Notes: a model not told the origin generated them from the letters alone. Counted from the stretch's first letter, positions 36,362 through 46,137 are shown. The stretch is 64,000 nt of DNA from Cenarchaeum sp. (GCA_965206845.1 OZ242221.1:1568001-1632000); one strand, 5' to 3'. Translations and numbers: made by a program.

Positions 36362-36664
36362 TTAGACATCAACGTATATTCCGTCCTCTCTCTCTTCTAC
36401 CCTGTGGGTGGGCAGCGAGACATCCCGGAGATAGTCCTGAAGCTCCCCGGTCTTGTAGTTGTAGTGCCAGAAGTGGTGGGGGCACTCGATGATGTCTCCC
36501 TCCACCTTGCCGCATGTGATGGACTGCTCCTGGTGCGCGCACAATGCGTCAAGCGCGTAGAGGCCGTCCTGGTTGATCACCGCTATCCTTCTCCCGCCCA
36601 CGTCCACCTCGTCGGCGCCCCCGTTGGGAATGGATCCGCGTTCGGCAACCTTTCTCCATGCCAT
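36362..36664 (-). CDS. Rieske [2Fe-2S] ferredoxin
   Basis: CAH...CPHH Rieske ligands. Confidence 0.92.
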   Translation of the reverse strand: MAWRKVAERGSIPNGGADEVDVGGRRIAVINQDGLYALDALCAHQEQSITCGKVEGDIIECPHHFWHYNYKTGELQDYLRDVSLPTHRVEEREDGIYVDV

Positions 36665-37031
36665 TGTGTCGGGTTTGATGTGGCGACATATTTAGATTAT
36701 CGGTTCAAGGCGGCCCCATCTCCGCTTGGGCACGATCTTGTATGCCCGATCCGGAAACGTGATCCATAATAAGCAAAAAGCCGTGCGTGTTCGGCTTGGA
36801 AATCACACACGCTTTGTGCCTGGGTGCTGATTGTGGGTCAAGTCTCAGCAGTGCCGGCATCTGCCGTGCTCGCTCGCTGCGGCATATGCACGATCGCGAT
36901 CGAAGTGGCGATCGGTTAGGCTTCCGCACAACCAGAGGGGAATAACACGGCGGCCCGGACAGATTAATGGCATTTTGCGGCATGCCGTGCTGCAGTATGA
37001 GGGCAGGGCTGCGGTACGGTGCGCTGTCTGC

Positions 37032-39500
37032 CTACCGCGCCGAATCTACGAACCCGGTCTCGTCGCTGTACACCCAGGCATGCGTCCACCCGCCGTCTGC
37101 TACGACCCATATGTCGTAGCTGGCCTTTTCAGAGTCGCCTGCACTGTTGAGGAATATGGTGCCTATTGCGGGATCGTGCATTTCAGCCACCGCCGGGATC
37201 TGCTCCCTTACGAGAAGGGGATCGTCCTGGCCGCCGGCAGCCTCTATCGCAAGCCCAAGCACCCACACCGCATCGTATGACGAGTATGCGTACACGTTGG
37301 CCTCCAGATCCGCATGCTCTGCAAGCCTGTCCCTTACATGCACGTACCGGTCAGTCGTGGCGTCCACGGCGAATATGGCTGCGCCAAACCGCACCGTCTC
37401 TGCAAACTCTGCAGTCCCTGCAGACACTATGTCCGCGTGCTGCGCCAGCGAGTCGGAGCCAAACCACCTGACGTCGTCAAGAACGTCGTACCCTGACGCC
37501 ATATCCATAAAGCCTACGGTCTCCTCAAATCCTGCAAACACTATCCCGATCTCGCCTGTGCTGTACATGCCCTGGTCAACGTACCGCTGCACCGTGGAGC
37601 TGAGCGCCGGCACCATCTCGGAGAACGCTTCGTCGTAGCACCCGTCCCCGTTGCACGGCATGTAGCTGCCAACCGAGATGTCCACCGCGCCGCCAGCCTC
37701 CTCAAAACTCTCAGCCGCGCTGAGGTACAGCCCGGCGCCCCAGATGTCGTCCCGCCAGACGGGGATCAGCAGCTTGCGCCCGTCCTCCTCCATGAGCCTG
37801 GCTATTACGGACCCCTGCCTGGTGTCGTCTGGGGCGAGGCGGAATATGCTGTCACCTTCGATGGCAAGGGCAGGCGATGTGGAGCAGCAGCTGAGCAGGG
37901 TCATGCCGTTCTCGTCTGCGTAGGGCTTGATCATCAGAACGCTTGAGCTGGCAGACGGTCCGGCCACAAGGCTTATTCCGTCGCTGTCGAAGGATCTCAT
38001 GGCTTCTAGCGGCTCGTCGGTGCCAGGATGCGTGTGGCGTACCGCAACCTCAAGCCTCCACGGGGCGCCCTTCCCCTCCAGGTACTCGTTAAAGTCATCT
38101 GCTGCGATGCTTGTGGCCAGCATCCGCAGTATTCCGGCCCCGCCGGGGCGGTCTATCGGGGGCACGAGCGCCCCGATCCTTACCGTCTGTATGTCGTCAG
38201 GACTGCTCTTCAGGTAGTACCCGCTGCCGAATATGTAACCGTCGTGCAGCACGAGCAGCGAGCGCTTGCGCTCGATATCGCCTGTCAGCGGATGGATGGC
38301 GTTGTGCTCCGTCCATACCTCGTCGCCCTCGCCTGCCAGTAGCGCGCCAATCTCGGCCACGGTTCGAGTCGACTGGACCGCCTCGACATCCAGAGGGCCC
38401 AAGTCTCCCGGGCGTGTGCCATGGGCCACAATGTTGGCGTCAAAATCAAGTACATATGGGTAGTACAGCCCGTCATAGCTGCCGGTCAGGCGGTCAAGTC
38501 CCTCTTGGACTCCGCCGCTCCCGTCGTATGCTGCAATCGCCCCATCAAGCGTCCGGCGCACGTTCTGCGACGCGATCATCATGTAGCTGTCGATGCCCGC
38601 ATGTCCTGCGGCCGGCTCCAGATCCAGCCCACGCCCTGCCAGGATCTCGTACGTGGCAGAATGTAAGCAGACCGGGGTCATCCCATTCCTGACGTATAGC
38701 TCCAGCGGTTCGTTGCATCGGATGTCGTGCATGGCAGCCCCGACGCTCTGCTGCTGTCGCGGCGTGCCGTACGTGGCCTGTTTGGTTGCCGTAAGGTATA
38801 CCGTGGCAGAGGCCTCGTTGCCGTCCACGCCGACTGCCACCACCTTGAAAGCGTACTCGCCGGCATCGGATACCGTCCTGCTGTTTATGTGCAGGGTGCC
38901 GTCCTTTGTGATCGTGGCAAAGCTGGGTATGCTGTAGGCGGCAGCGTCGACAGGGTAGTACCCGCTGACAAATATGTGCCCGTCATGCTGCACATGCAGC
39001 GATAGCTTGTCTTCTATCTCGCCGGTGGCCGGGTTCAGGAACTGATAGCTTCTCCAGACATGGCCGTATGCGTCGATGAGCGCAAGGGCGCGCTCCCAAG
39101 TCGGTACGCCGTTGGCTACAGGCGGGGGGAAGGTACCCACAAGGCTGCTGTCGGTTCCGTGGGCCAGGATGATGCCATCCCTGTCGACCACAAACGGATA
39201 CAGTCCGCCCGCGTACTGGGCGGCAGATATGGAATCAAAGGACGCGGCGCCAACTAGGTCGTAATCGGAGATCGTCGCATCGACCAGGGATACTACGGCA
39301 GGGTTCTGCATGTGGAATTCAAGCGCGCCGCCGTGGCCGCGGGCCTCGAATACTGCTGCCATATCGTGTGCGGCAGACGATCCTGCAAGAACCGTATATG
39401 GGACGGGTGCCGCGGCAGACTCTGCTGATGCCGCCGCCGGGAGGCCGATCAGGAGGGAGAACGACACAAGGACCAGAATCCCCACTGCAGAGCTCACCAT
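37032..39500 (-). CDS. Secreted mosaic protein: two sCache-like domains, an Ig/cadherin-like segment, a Cys-pair module and a type I (LivK-like) solute-binding domain
   Basis: Signal peptide; two YP.V.D......AHG...W.....P.TG.IE.K.S....HDG.IF.SGYY units; IGAL.P, GP..SS, SCCSTSP.L......FRL.PDD, Y.YDAVW SBP motifs. Confidence 0.8.
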   Translation of the reverse strand: MVSSAVGILVLVSFSLLIGLPAAASAESAAAPVPYTVLAGSSAAHDMAAVFEARGHGGALEFHMQNPAVVSLVDATISDYDLVGAASFDSISAAQYAGGLYPFVVDRDGIILAHGTDSSLVGTFPPPVANGVPTWERALALIDAYGHVWRSYQFLNPATGEIEDKLSLHVQHDGHIFVSGYYPVDAAAYSIPSFATITKDGTLHINSRTVSDAGEYAFKVVAVGVDGNEASATVYLTATKQATYGTPRQQQSVGAAMHDIRCNEPLELYVRNGMTPVCLHSATYEILAGRGLDLEPAAGHAGIDSYMMIASQNVRRTLDGAIAAYDGSGGVQEGLDRLTGSYDGLYYPYVLDFDANIVAHGTRPGDLGPLDVEAVQSTRTVAEIGALLAGEGDEVWTEHNAIHPLTGDIERKRSLLVLHDGYIFGSGYYLKSSPDDIQTVRIGALVPPIDRPGGAGILRMLATSIAADDFNEYLEGKGAPWRLEVAVRHTHPGTDEPLEAMRSFDSDGISLVAGPSASSSVLMIKPYADENGMTLLSCCSTSPALAIEGDSIFRLAPDDTRQGSVIARLMEEDGRKLLIPVWRDDIWGAGLYLSAAESFEEAGGAVDISVGSYMPCNGDGCYDEAFSEMVPALSSTVQRYVDQGMYSTGEIGIVFAGFEETVGFMDMASGYDVLDDVRWFGSDSLAQHADIVSAGTAEFAETVRFGAAIFAVDATTDRYVHVRDRLAEHADLEANVYAYSSYDAVWVLGLAIEAAGGQDDPLLVREQIPAVAEMHDPAIGTIFLNSAGDSEKASYDIWVVADGGWTHAWVYSDETGFVDSAR

Positions 39501-39735
39501 TCTGGTACGGAAGGGAGCTTTAAAAATATTTTAACTGTGGTAACCGGACCCAGATGCTCCAGGCAGGCACCATGCCCCGGCTCGCGTATGTCGGGATTGT
39601 GGCCACTGAAAAAGCCCAGGATCTTCCTGACGCAGAGCGGTATGGCAGGGGATCCGCCGTGGCCGGCAGCGGACGGGACTGCGCGGGCACCGTTACAGGC
39701 CGGTCGTTTTTATATTCACGGGCCGTGCTGTGGCC

Positions 39736-41658
39736 GTGGACGACTTTGCGTTCGAGCCGGCCCCCGGACAGCTGGAGGACTCGAACATCTTTCGGTTCAT
39801 GAAGGGGCACGGAATCCAGTCCCTAGAGAAGCTCTCCGAGAGGGCCGCAAGGGATCCCGCATGGTTCTGGGAGGCGGTATCTCAGGATGCCGGCATCATG
39901 TGGACAGAGCCCTATGATGTGATCCTGGATGACTCCCGGGGGATCGCCCAGTCCAAGTGGTTTACCGGCGGCCGTACCAACATATACCTGTCATCTGTGG
40001 CAAGGTTTGCCCGGCTGAGCCCGGACAGGGTGGCGTACCACTTTGTATCCGAGGACGGGCAGACCTCCAGCGTCACGTACGCGGAGCTTGACGAGCGGGT
40101 GGGCCGCCTTGCCAACGGGCTGCGATCCCTGGGACTGAAGAAGGGGGACGCGGTGGGAATATTCCTTCCAATGATCCAGGAGGCCGTGCTAGCGGTGCTT
40201 GCCGCGGCAAGGGTTGGCGCGGTATCCGTGGTGGTCTTCTCCGGGTACGGCCACGAGTCCCTCCGGACCAGGCTGCAGGATTCTGGCGCCAGGGTGCTGA
40301 TCGCTTGTGACGGGTTTGACCGGCGGGGGCTACCCGTCAGCCAGAGAACCATAGTAAAGGACGCCGTTCGGGGAACCGGCATCAGGGTGGTGATTGTGCC
40401 GTATCGGGGCCACGACAGGTACGACAGATCCGATCACATCGTGCCGTACGGGGATCTGATGGATCGGAGTCCCGAATGCAGCACCGAGGTCATGGGTGCC
40501 GAGGATCCGCTCTTTGTCCTGTACACCTCGGGCACCACGGGCCGCCCAAAGGGAACGGTGCAGGTTCATGGCGGCTTTTCCGTGTTTGCAGCCCACCAGG
40601 CGCTCTACCTGACGGACATGAGAGGCAGTGACGTCCTGCTCTGGCCTGCGGATATTGGCTGGATCACCGGTCTGGTGTGGAACGTGTACGGGCTCTTGCT
40701 TGCCGGCGCCACCGCGGTGATCTACGACGGGGCTCTGGATTATCCCCACAGCGGTCGCATCTGGGACATGCTGCAGCGGTACGGCGTTACAATATTTGGC
40801 ACGTCGCCCACCGCAGTACGCCTGCTGCGCAAAAGCGGTGCAGAACCGCCCGCGCATCTGGACGGGATCCGCCTGATTACGACAACCGGCGAGCCCATAG
40901 ACCGGGACTCCTGGTGGTGGCTGTTTGAGAAGGTGGGCCAAACCCGGGTGCCGGTAGTGAACCTGTCCGGGGGCACCGAGGTGGGGGGCGCCATGCTGTC
41001 TGTCTTTGCAGGAATGAGGCTTCGGCCCTGTACGGTGGGCGTGCCGTGCCCGGGAATGAACCTGGATGTGGTTGATGAGAACGGCAGGCCGGTTACGGGC
41101 CAGAAGGGATATCTGGTCATCCGATCCCCGTGGCCTGCCATGACCCGGGGGCTGCTCAATAGTCCCGGCACGTACATGCAGACGTACTGGTCGCGCTTTG
41201 AGAACGTGTGGTTCCACGGGGACTATGTGCTGAGGGACAATGACGGCCTCTGGTACATGCAGGGGCGGGCAGACGAGATCATCAAGGTGTCCGGACACAG
41301 ACTCGGCACCGCAGAGATCGAGGAGTGTGTCGCCGACTGCGGCGCGGTACACGAGGCGGCCGCCGTCTCGGTTCCCGATGGGACCACCGGCGAGGCCATC
41401 GCGGTCTTTGTGGTGGCAGACGGCAGCAGGGGCCTTGAGGCAGCGGTCTCTGACTGCATCGCGCAGAGGATAGGAAAGATGGCCCGCCCCAAGATGGTGA
41501 TCCGCCTCTCTGGGTTGCCCCGGACGCGAACCGGCAAGATCATGCGGCGGCTGCTGCGCGCCCGGCTGCTGGGCCAGCCGGCAGGGGATCTGTCGGCCCT
41601 GGAAAATCCCCGCGTACTAGACGAGGTGTCCCCAATGGCATCTACCGGAGCGCCCTGA
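39736..41658 (+). CDS. AMP-forming acyl/acetyl-CoA synthetase
   Basis: LYTSGTTG.PKG, DIGWITG, TGEPI, GGTE.GG, HGD, GRAD..IKVSGHRLG, PRTR.GKIMRR. Confidence 0.92.
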   Translation: MDDFAFEPAPGQLEDSNIFRFMKGHGIQSLEKLSERAARDPAWFWEAVSQDAGIMWTEPYDVILDDSRGIAQSKWFTGGRTNIYLSSVARFARLSPDRVAYHFVSEDGQTSSVTYAELDERVGRLANGLRSLGLKKGDAVGIFLPMIQEAVLAVLAAARVGAVSVVVFSGYGHESLRTRLQDSGARVLIACDGFDRRGLPVSQRTIVKDAVRGTGIRVVIVPYRGHDRYDRSDHIVPYGDLMDRSPECSTEVMGAEDPLFVLYTSGTTGRPKGTVQVHGGFSVFAAHQALYLTDMRGSDVLLWPADIGWITGLVWNVYGLLLAGATAVIYDGALDYPHSGRIWDMLQRYGVTIFGTSPTAVRLLRKSGAEPPAHLDGIRLITTTGEPIDRDSWWWLFEKVGQTRVPVVNLSGGTEVGGAMLSVFAGMRLRPCTVGVPCPGMNLDVVDENGRPVTGQKGYLVIRSPWPAMTRGLLNSPGTYMQTYWSRFENVWFHGDYVLRDNDGLWYMQGRADEIIKVSGHRLGTAEIEECVADCGAVHEAAAVSVPDGTTGEAIAVFVVADGSRGLEAAVSDCIAQRIGKMARPKMVIRLSGLPRTRTGKIMRRLLRARLLGQPAGDLSALENPRVLDEVSPMASTGAP

Positions 41659-42862
41659 TCTCGTTTGCCACCAGCAGCAGAAACGCGCCCACATCGGTCA
41701 CAACCCCCAGGGCTTGCCATGTCCCACGATCCATCAGCTTGGTGACGGTTGACTGGTTGATGTCCATGACGATCACCTTGACGTCTGCGGGCAGCATGTT
41801 GCCAGTGGCTATGGAGTGAAGCATGGTGGATGCCATTATGACCATCTCTGCATCCTTTACAATCTTCTTGTACTGGCGCTGGGCCTCGACCACGTCTGTG
41901 ATTACATCTGGCAGCGGGCCGTCGTCCCGTATGGAGCCTGCAAGTACAAACGGCACCCCGTTTTTTACGCACTCGTACATTATTCCGCTCTTGAGCCTGC
42001 CTGTCCTGACCATGTCTGGGATGGATCCGGCCTTGAAGACAGAGTTGACTGCGTCTATGTGGTTTCGGTGCCCGCGGATTGCCAGCGTGCCGTCTATGAT
42101 GTTCATGCCAAGGGAGGTGCCCATGGTGGCGTACTCGATGTCGTGAACGGCCAGCGCGTTGCCTGCCAGCAGTCCCTGGATGTATCCGCCCCTGATGAGC
42201 TCCGCCACCATGTCTGCGGCGCCTGTGTGCACTATAGCCGGCCCTCCCACGAGTATGATCTTTCCGCCGGCCTTCCTTGTCTTTATGATGTCCGCTGCCA
42301 CCTGCCTTGCTATGTTCCGGGTGGGGCGCTCGCTGGAGCTTCCGCTGCCCATAAACTCAAAGACGTTCATGGCCCCCCTGGGCCTCTCCGGCGGAACGAT
42401 CATGATCCCCTCCTCTCCTACAACGATCATGTCACCCCGCCTGACGTCCCTGATGGGAACGCAGGTCGCGTAGCCGTCCTGCACCACGACGCACTTGTCC
42501 ATCATCGTGTTGTCGACATCGATCCATTTGCCCCCGTGGAAGATGCGCGTCCTGTTGTTTGTGGTGCTGTAAAAGTTGTCTGGCATGACCATGTCCCTGG
42601 CGGCCTCCTCCAGGCGGACCTCCCGCGGCGTGCGGGTGGTGGCTCCCTCGCGGTAGACCTCTGCCAGAATCTTGTCCAGCTGGTTCTGGGTGTCTGCCTG
42701 GATCATCAGTCTGGCAAAGCTTGCATCCTGCTTCCTCTTGCCTGTGGTCATCTCAAGGATCTCGTATGCGCCGCCCAGCTCCATCACCACATCCATTATC
42801 TTGGAGAGTATGGACGAGTCGATGAGGTGCCCGCGAATCTCCACATTCTGCCGAAATTCCAT
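41642..42862 (-). CDS. TIGR00300 family protein (LOR/SDH-domain, ornithine cyclodeaminase-like)
   Basis: GHLIDS, FYSTTN, FEFM.S..SSERP, AGNALAVHDIE, LAGSIRDDGPLPD, LHSIA.GN, KL.DRG. Confidence 0.9.
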   Translation of the reverse strand: MEFRQNVEIRGHLIDSSILSKIMDVVMELGGAYEILEMTTGKRKQDASFARLMIQADTQNQLDKILAEVYREGATTRTPREVRLEEAARDMVMPDNFYSTTNNRTRIFHGGKWIDVDNTMMDKCVVVQDGYATCVPIRDVRRGDMIVVGEEGIMIVPPERPRGAMNVFEFMGSGSSSERPTRNIARQVAADIIKTRKAGGKIILVGGPAIVHTGAADMVAELIRGGYIQGLLAGNALAVHDIEYATMGTSLGMNIIDGTLAIRGHRNHIDAVNSVFKAGSIPDMVRTGRLKSGIMYECVKNGVPFVLAGSIRDDGPLPDVITDVVEAQRQYKKIVKDAEMVIMASTMLHSIATGNMLPADVKVIVMDINQSTVTKLMDRGTWQALGVVTDVGAFLLLVANEIRALR

Positions 42863-42959
42863 CGTCACATCACCCACATGTGCATGCTAACTAAAGTTTT
42901 GCTCCTGCGCACACGGGGACGTCTTCATCCGGAGTCTTCTGCGTGGCGCGCGCCGCCTG

Positions 42960-43283
42960 TCATATGGGCAGTATTACACGTCCCTTGAACTCAGGAACGT
43001 TGTCAGATGCAAAGGATCTGGCAAGCTCCTCCCTCTGCTCGTGGGCCACGCCCTGCACCAGTGCCTTTGACACTCCCTTCCTGTCCACGATTGCCAGAAT
43101 GTACCCGCTGGTGTCGGTGAGCACAAAGCCGGCCGATTCGTCCACAAAAGCATAGAGGTTCTCCTCGCCAACCGGCTCCCAGACGTTGGTTTTGTTGTCC
43201 ACAAGCGCCAGTGCCGGCATGGCCCTGCCGCCGGTGTACCGGTTGAGATACTCCCTGGCCTGCGCCACTCTCTTCTGACCCAT
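42960..43283 (-). CDS. Conserved hypothetical protein
   Basis: ATG 43283; globular and coding-like (WEPVGEENLY..VD...GFVL.D.SGYIL). Confidence 0.75.
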   Translation of the reverse strand: MGQKRVAQAREYLNRYTGGRAMPALALVDNKTNVWEPVGEENLYAFVDESAGFVLTDTSGYILAIVDRKGVSKALVQGVAHEQREELARSFASDNVPEFKGRVILPI

Positions 43284-43560
43284 CCTAAGCGCGGCAAAGT
43301 ACTGCAACGTCACTTTTTGTCCCGCAGTTGTAAAAAATGTATCTGAGGTACGGGGGTGTGGTGCCAGGCCCCACTTCGTTCGGATGTGGGCCAGCACATC
43401 CGGGAGCGCCTTCACGCCTGTCCCGGTGCGGCAGGCTACCTCCCGCCAACGGGTGGCCAAGGACGGGCATATGCCTGCGAGGCCGAATGCGGAACCATAC
43501 GTCCATGGGAACCCGGGCACAATCCGCATGAGATAAAGCCTGCCGTGCCCATCCGGATGT

Positions 43561-44133
43561 GTGAAGATCTATACCGGAACCGGAGATGACGGCACCACGG
43601 GACTGCGTGGCGGCAGAAGGGTATCTAAGGGCAGCGCAAGGATCCTGGCGTACGGAGCCGTAGACGAGGCAAACTCTGTTCTCGGCGCGGTGCTCTCGTG
43701 CGGTTCAGATCCGGACATCACATCCCTGCTGACCAGAATTCAGAGCGATCTGTTTGTCGCGGGGGCGGATCTGTCCAGTCCCGATCTGTCCGCACTTGGA
43801 AACAGGATAAGCCCCGCAATGGTGGGGGATATGGAGGCTGCCATAGACAGGTACGAGGAGGATCTGCCACCGCTCTCCAACTTTATCCTGCCCGGTGGAG
43901 GCCAGGATGCGGCGCTCATCCACCTGGCAAGGACGGTGGTTCGTAGGGCAGAGGCCATGGCCGTGACCTTGGCGGAGAGTGAGGCGGTGAACCGCAGCTG
44001 CGTCATGTACCTCAACCGGCTCTCTGATCTGCTCTTTGTTCTTGCCAGAACTGTCAACCGTCGCAGCGGTATCCCGGACGTAATCTGGCGGCCACAGGGA
44101 ACCGGGCCGACCCCGTCGAACGCAGAACCATAG
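43561..44133 (+). CDS. pduO: ATP:cob(I)alamin adenosyltransferase (PduO type)
   Basis: KIYT.TGD.G.T, AYG.VDE.NS, FILPGG, H.ART.VRRAE, YLNRLSD.LF..AR. Confidence 0.95.
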   Translation: MKIYTGTGDDGTTGLRGGRRVSKGSARILAYGAVDEANSVLGAVLSCGSDPDITSLLTRIQSDLFVAGADLSSPDLSALGNRISPAMVGDMEAAIDRYEEDLPPLSNFILPGGGQDAALIHLARTVVRRAEAMAVTLAESEAVNRSCVMYLNRLSDLLFVLARTVNRRSGIPDVIWRPQGTGPTPSNAEP

Positions 44134-44172
44134 AGAACACATTTTAATTCCCATCTTAGGAAGCTCTGCTGT

Positions 44173-44249
44173 GCCAGGGTAGCTCAGCCCGGGAGAGCAC
44201 TCGGCTGAAGACCGAGCTGTCGCGCGTTCAAATCCCGCCCCTGGCACCA
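44173..44249 (+). tRNA. tRNA-Phe (GAA), intronless, CCA encoded
   Basis: Cloverleaf: acceptor GCCAGGG/CCCTGGC, D stem GCTC/GAGC, anticodon stem CTCGG/CCGAG with CT-GAA-GA loop, TTCAAAT T-loop, ACCA end. Confidence 0.95.
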
Positions 44250-44339
44250 TCCTGTAAACGCCGACAGACGGAGCCATCCTCGGGCTCGGCCTGAATCCAG
44301 CGGGTCTGGATTTGGCGCTCCGAGAAAGCGGTTCCCCTA

Positions 44340-44535
44340 TAGCGCCGACTAAAAGTTCTTGCAGAATCCACGAATCATTTCAGTTAGGCTTCCCTGCAAA
44401 GCCACATACCAGAACGTTATGTCTGCCAAGATTAGGAACGGATTAGGCGGCAATTGTCAATGGCTGGTGTCCATGTTTGAGACAAACGTGATCGAAGCCA
44501 GCGATATACTCTGCAGGAACTTTCGATCGGCGCTA
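44340..44535. mobile_element. MITE of IS630/Tc1-mariner type (196 bp)
   Basis: Terminal inverted repeats TAGCGCCGACTAAAAGTTCTTGCAGA and rc TAGCGCCGATCGAAAGTTCCTGCAGA (22/26 identical); TA on both sides; reconstructed empty site CCTAGG. Confidence 0.8.
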
Positions 44536-44748
44536 TAGGACCTGCCACCGGCCTGCTGGCTGCGAACCCGCGTGCAGTGCGGGCGTTTGTCCAGATCCCA
44601 CAGCCCGTTCTTTCTGGCGGAGCTGCGGGATTGACACGGGCACGATGACGCGTATTCAGGGGAGCGTTCACGCCTGGCACAGGATGGCAGGGGATCTAGC
44701 ATGCGGCCAGTTAGGTATTCTTTAATACCAAGCCCTACAATTCAAGGT

Positions 44749-44871
44749 ATGGACAAAGTAAGGTGCCCGTATTGCGAGTCTGACTTTGACGATCGGGAGG
44801 AGCTCTCAAAGCACATTGACAGAATTCATCACGGTTCGGGTCTGCTTGAAGGCGACGCCAGAAAGTTTTAG
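44749..44871 (+). CDS. Small C2H2 zinc-finger protein (40 aa)
   Basis: MDKVRCPYCESDFDDREELSKHIDRIHHGSGLLEGDARKF (CxxC-x3-F-x5-L-x2-H-x4-H); TTTAATA box at 44721. Confidence 0.85.
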   Translation: MDKVRCPYCESDFDDREELSKHIDRIHHGSGLLEGDARKF

Positions 44872-44873
44872 AG

Positions 44874-45443
44874 TTGTCCGATACATTTCTTGACTCCCTT
44901 CTCCGCCTAAAGTGTGTTCCAAGGCAGGGCTGGATCGACAGGCTGCAGATCCACAATCCAGAATCCGTGGCGGATCACTCCTACTCGGTGGCCGCCATGT
45001 CCATGCTTCTTGCCGATGCCGCAGGCCTTGACACAGAGAGGGTAATCAGGATGGCGCTGGTGCACGACCTGGCCGAATCGCTCACAGGCGACATGGTGCC
45101 TGGTAGCACCGCCAAGGAGAGCAAGAGAGCGCTGGAGGACGGAGCCATGAGAGAGATACTGCAGGATGTGCCGGGAGAGCAGAGGCTGCTGTACCTCCGG
45201 ATGTGGAACGAGTACCAGAGAAACGAGACGCAAGAGGCGCAGTTTCTGCACCAGGTTGACAAGCTGGAGATGGCCCTGCAGGCTGACCGCTATCTGCAGG
45301 ACGGGGCAGCCCCGGAGGCGATCATGCCATTTCTGGATACGGCAGATCGCAAGATTACAAACCCGGACATTCGCAAGATTTTCAACATGCTGCTTGTGAA
45401 ACACCGTGGATGGGGGCATTGTCAGACGAGAAAGACCACCTGA
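44874..45443 (+). CDS. HD-domain hydrolase (YfbR/HDDC2-like 5'-deoxynucleotidase)
   Basis: LK..PR.GW, ESVADHS, MAL.HDLAE...GD, DKLEM..QA. Confidence 0.9.
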   Translation: MSDTFLDSLLRLKCVPRQGWIDRLQIHNPESVADHSYSVAAMSMLLADAAGLDTERVIRMALVHDLAESLTGDMVPGSTAKESKRALEDGAMREILQDVPGEQRLLYLRMWNEYQRNETQEAQFLHQVDKLEMALQADRYLQDGAAPEAIMPFLDTADRKITNPDIRKIFNMLLVKHRGWGHCQTRKTT

Positions 45444-45646
45444 TCGAGACGCAAAAACAGGTGATCGGAATGCTGTTTGAGATCGTCAAGCGGTTTCAGA
45501 GGAACAACGACCTTGATCAGGAATACTTTCAGATTATTGTGTCCGGCAGGTCAAAGGACAGCGCCGGGAGGCTGGCGGAGATCAAAAAGGAGCGCGGCGA
45601 CAACGCCCAGATCATAGGCAGACTTTTAGAGCAGCTGGATGTCTAG
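45419..45646 (+). CDS. Conserved hypothetical helical protein
   Basis: MSDEKDHLIETQKQVIGMLFE...; start is TTG 45419 or ATG 45410; overlaps the HD gene tail. Confidence 0.7.
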   Translation: MSDEKDHLIETQKQVIGMLFEIVKRFQRNNDLDQEYFQIIVSGRSKDSAGRLAEIKKERGDNAQIIGRLLEQLDV

Positions 45647-45951
45647 CTTTCGCAGCTGCACGAGTCGGAACCGTCTGGGATCATCCTGAATCGGTTGGCC
45701 TGCTCATGCCGGCTCTGCGCGTAGTGGGATATGTTGACAAGCCGCATGCGTACCTGCTTGCTCTTCCAGCTGCCCTCGTTCTGCAGCCACGCCTCGATCT
45801 CATCGACATCATAAAACTCCCCGCCCTCTAGTATCTCAAGAAAGATCCTCTTGATCTCTGCAGCTTCCAGGTCTCCGAGGGATCTCTTGTCCACAACCAT
45901 GCCGGTAATCTCGTTCAGCCTGATTATGATACCATTGGAGAGAGGCAACAC
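45643..45951 (-). CDS. Conserved hypothetical protein
   Basis: YDVDEIE.W...EGSW motif; Cys-containing C-terminus; TTATA upstream. Confidence 0.72.
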   Translation of the reverse strand: MLPLSNGIIIRLNEITGMVVDKRSLGDLEAAEIKRIFLEILEGGEFYDVDEIEAWLQNEGSWKSKQVRMRLVNISHYAQSRHEQANRFRMIPDGSDSCSCES

Positions 45952-46137
45952 CCATGTTGGATGGCCACTGTATAACTATTTTTAGCAAAGGCGGCTGCGC
46001 ACCGCAGTATGCCGTGCACCTAGACGGCCGCATACCGACAAAGTGCCACCGATCCCCGGCTGTGTGGGGACAAACCACGTGGCCGGGCACACAAGCGCAT
46101 ACTTTAAATCTACTACTTCATTTTGTTTTTGCGATTT

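Noticed and set aside
7839-42988. Numerous long antisense or alternate-frame ORFs (e.g. 7839-8648, 22515-23333, 24073-25026, 40330-41352, 41816-42988)
   Set aside because: They are shadows of well-supported genes, caused by high GC and codon bias.
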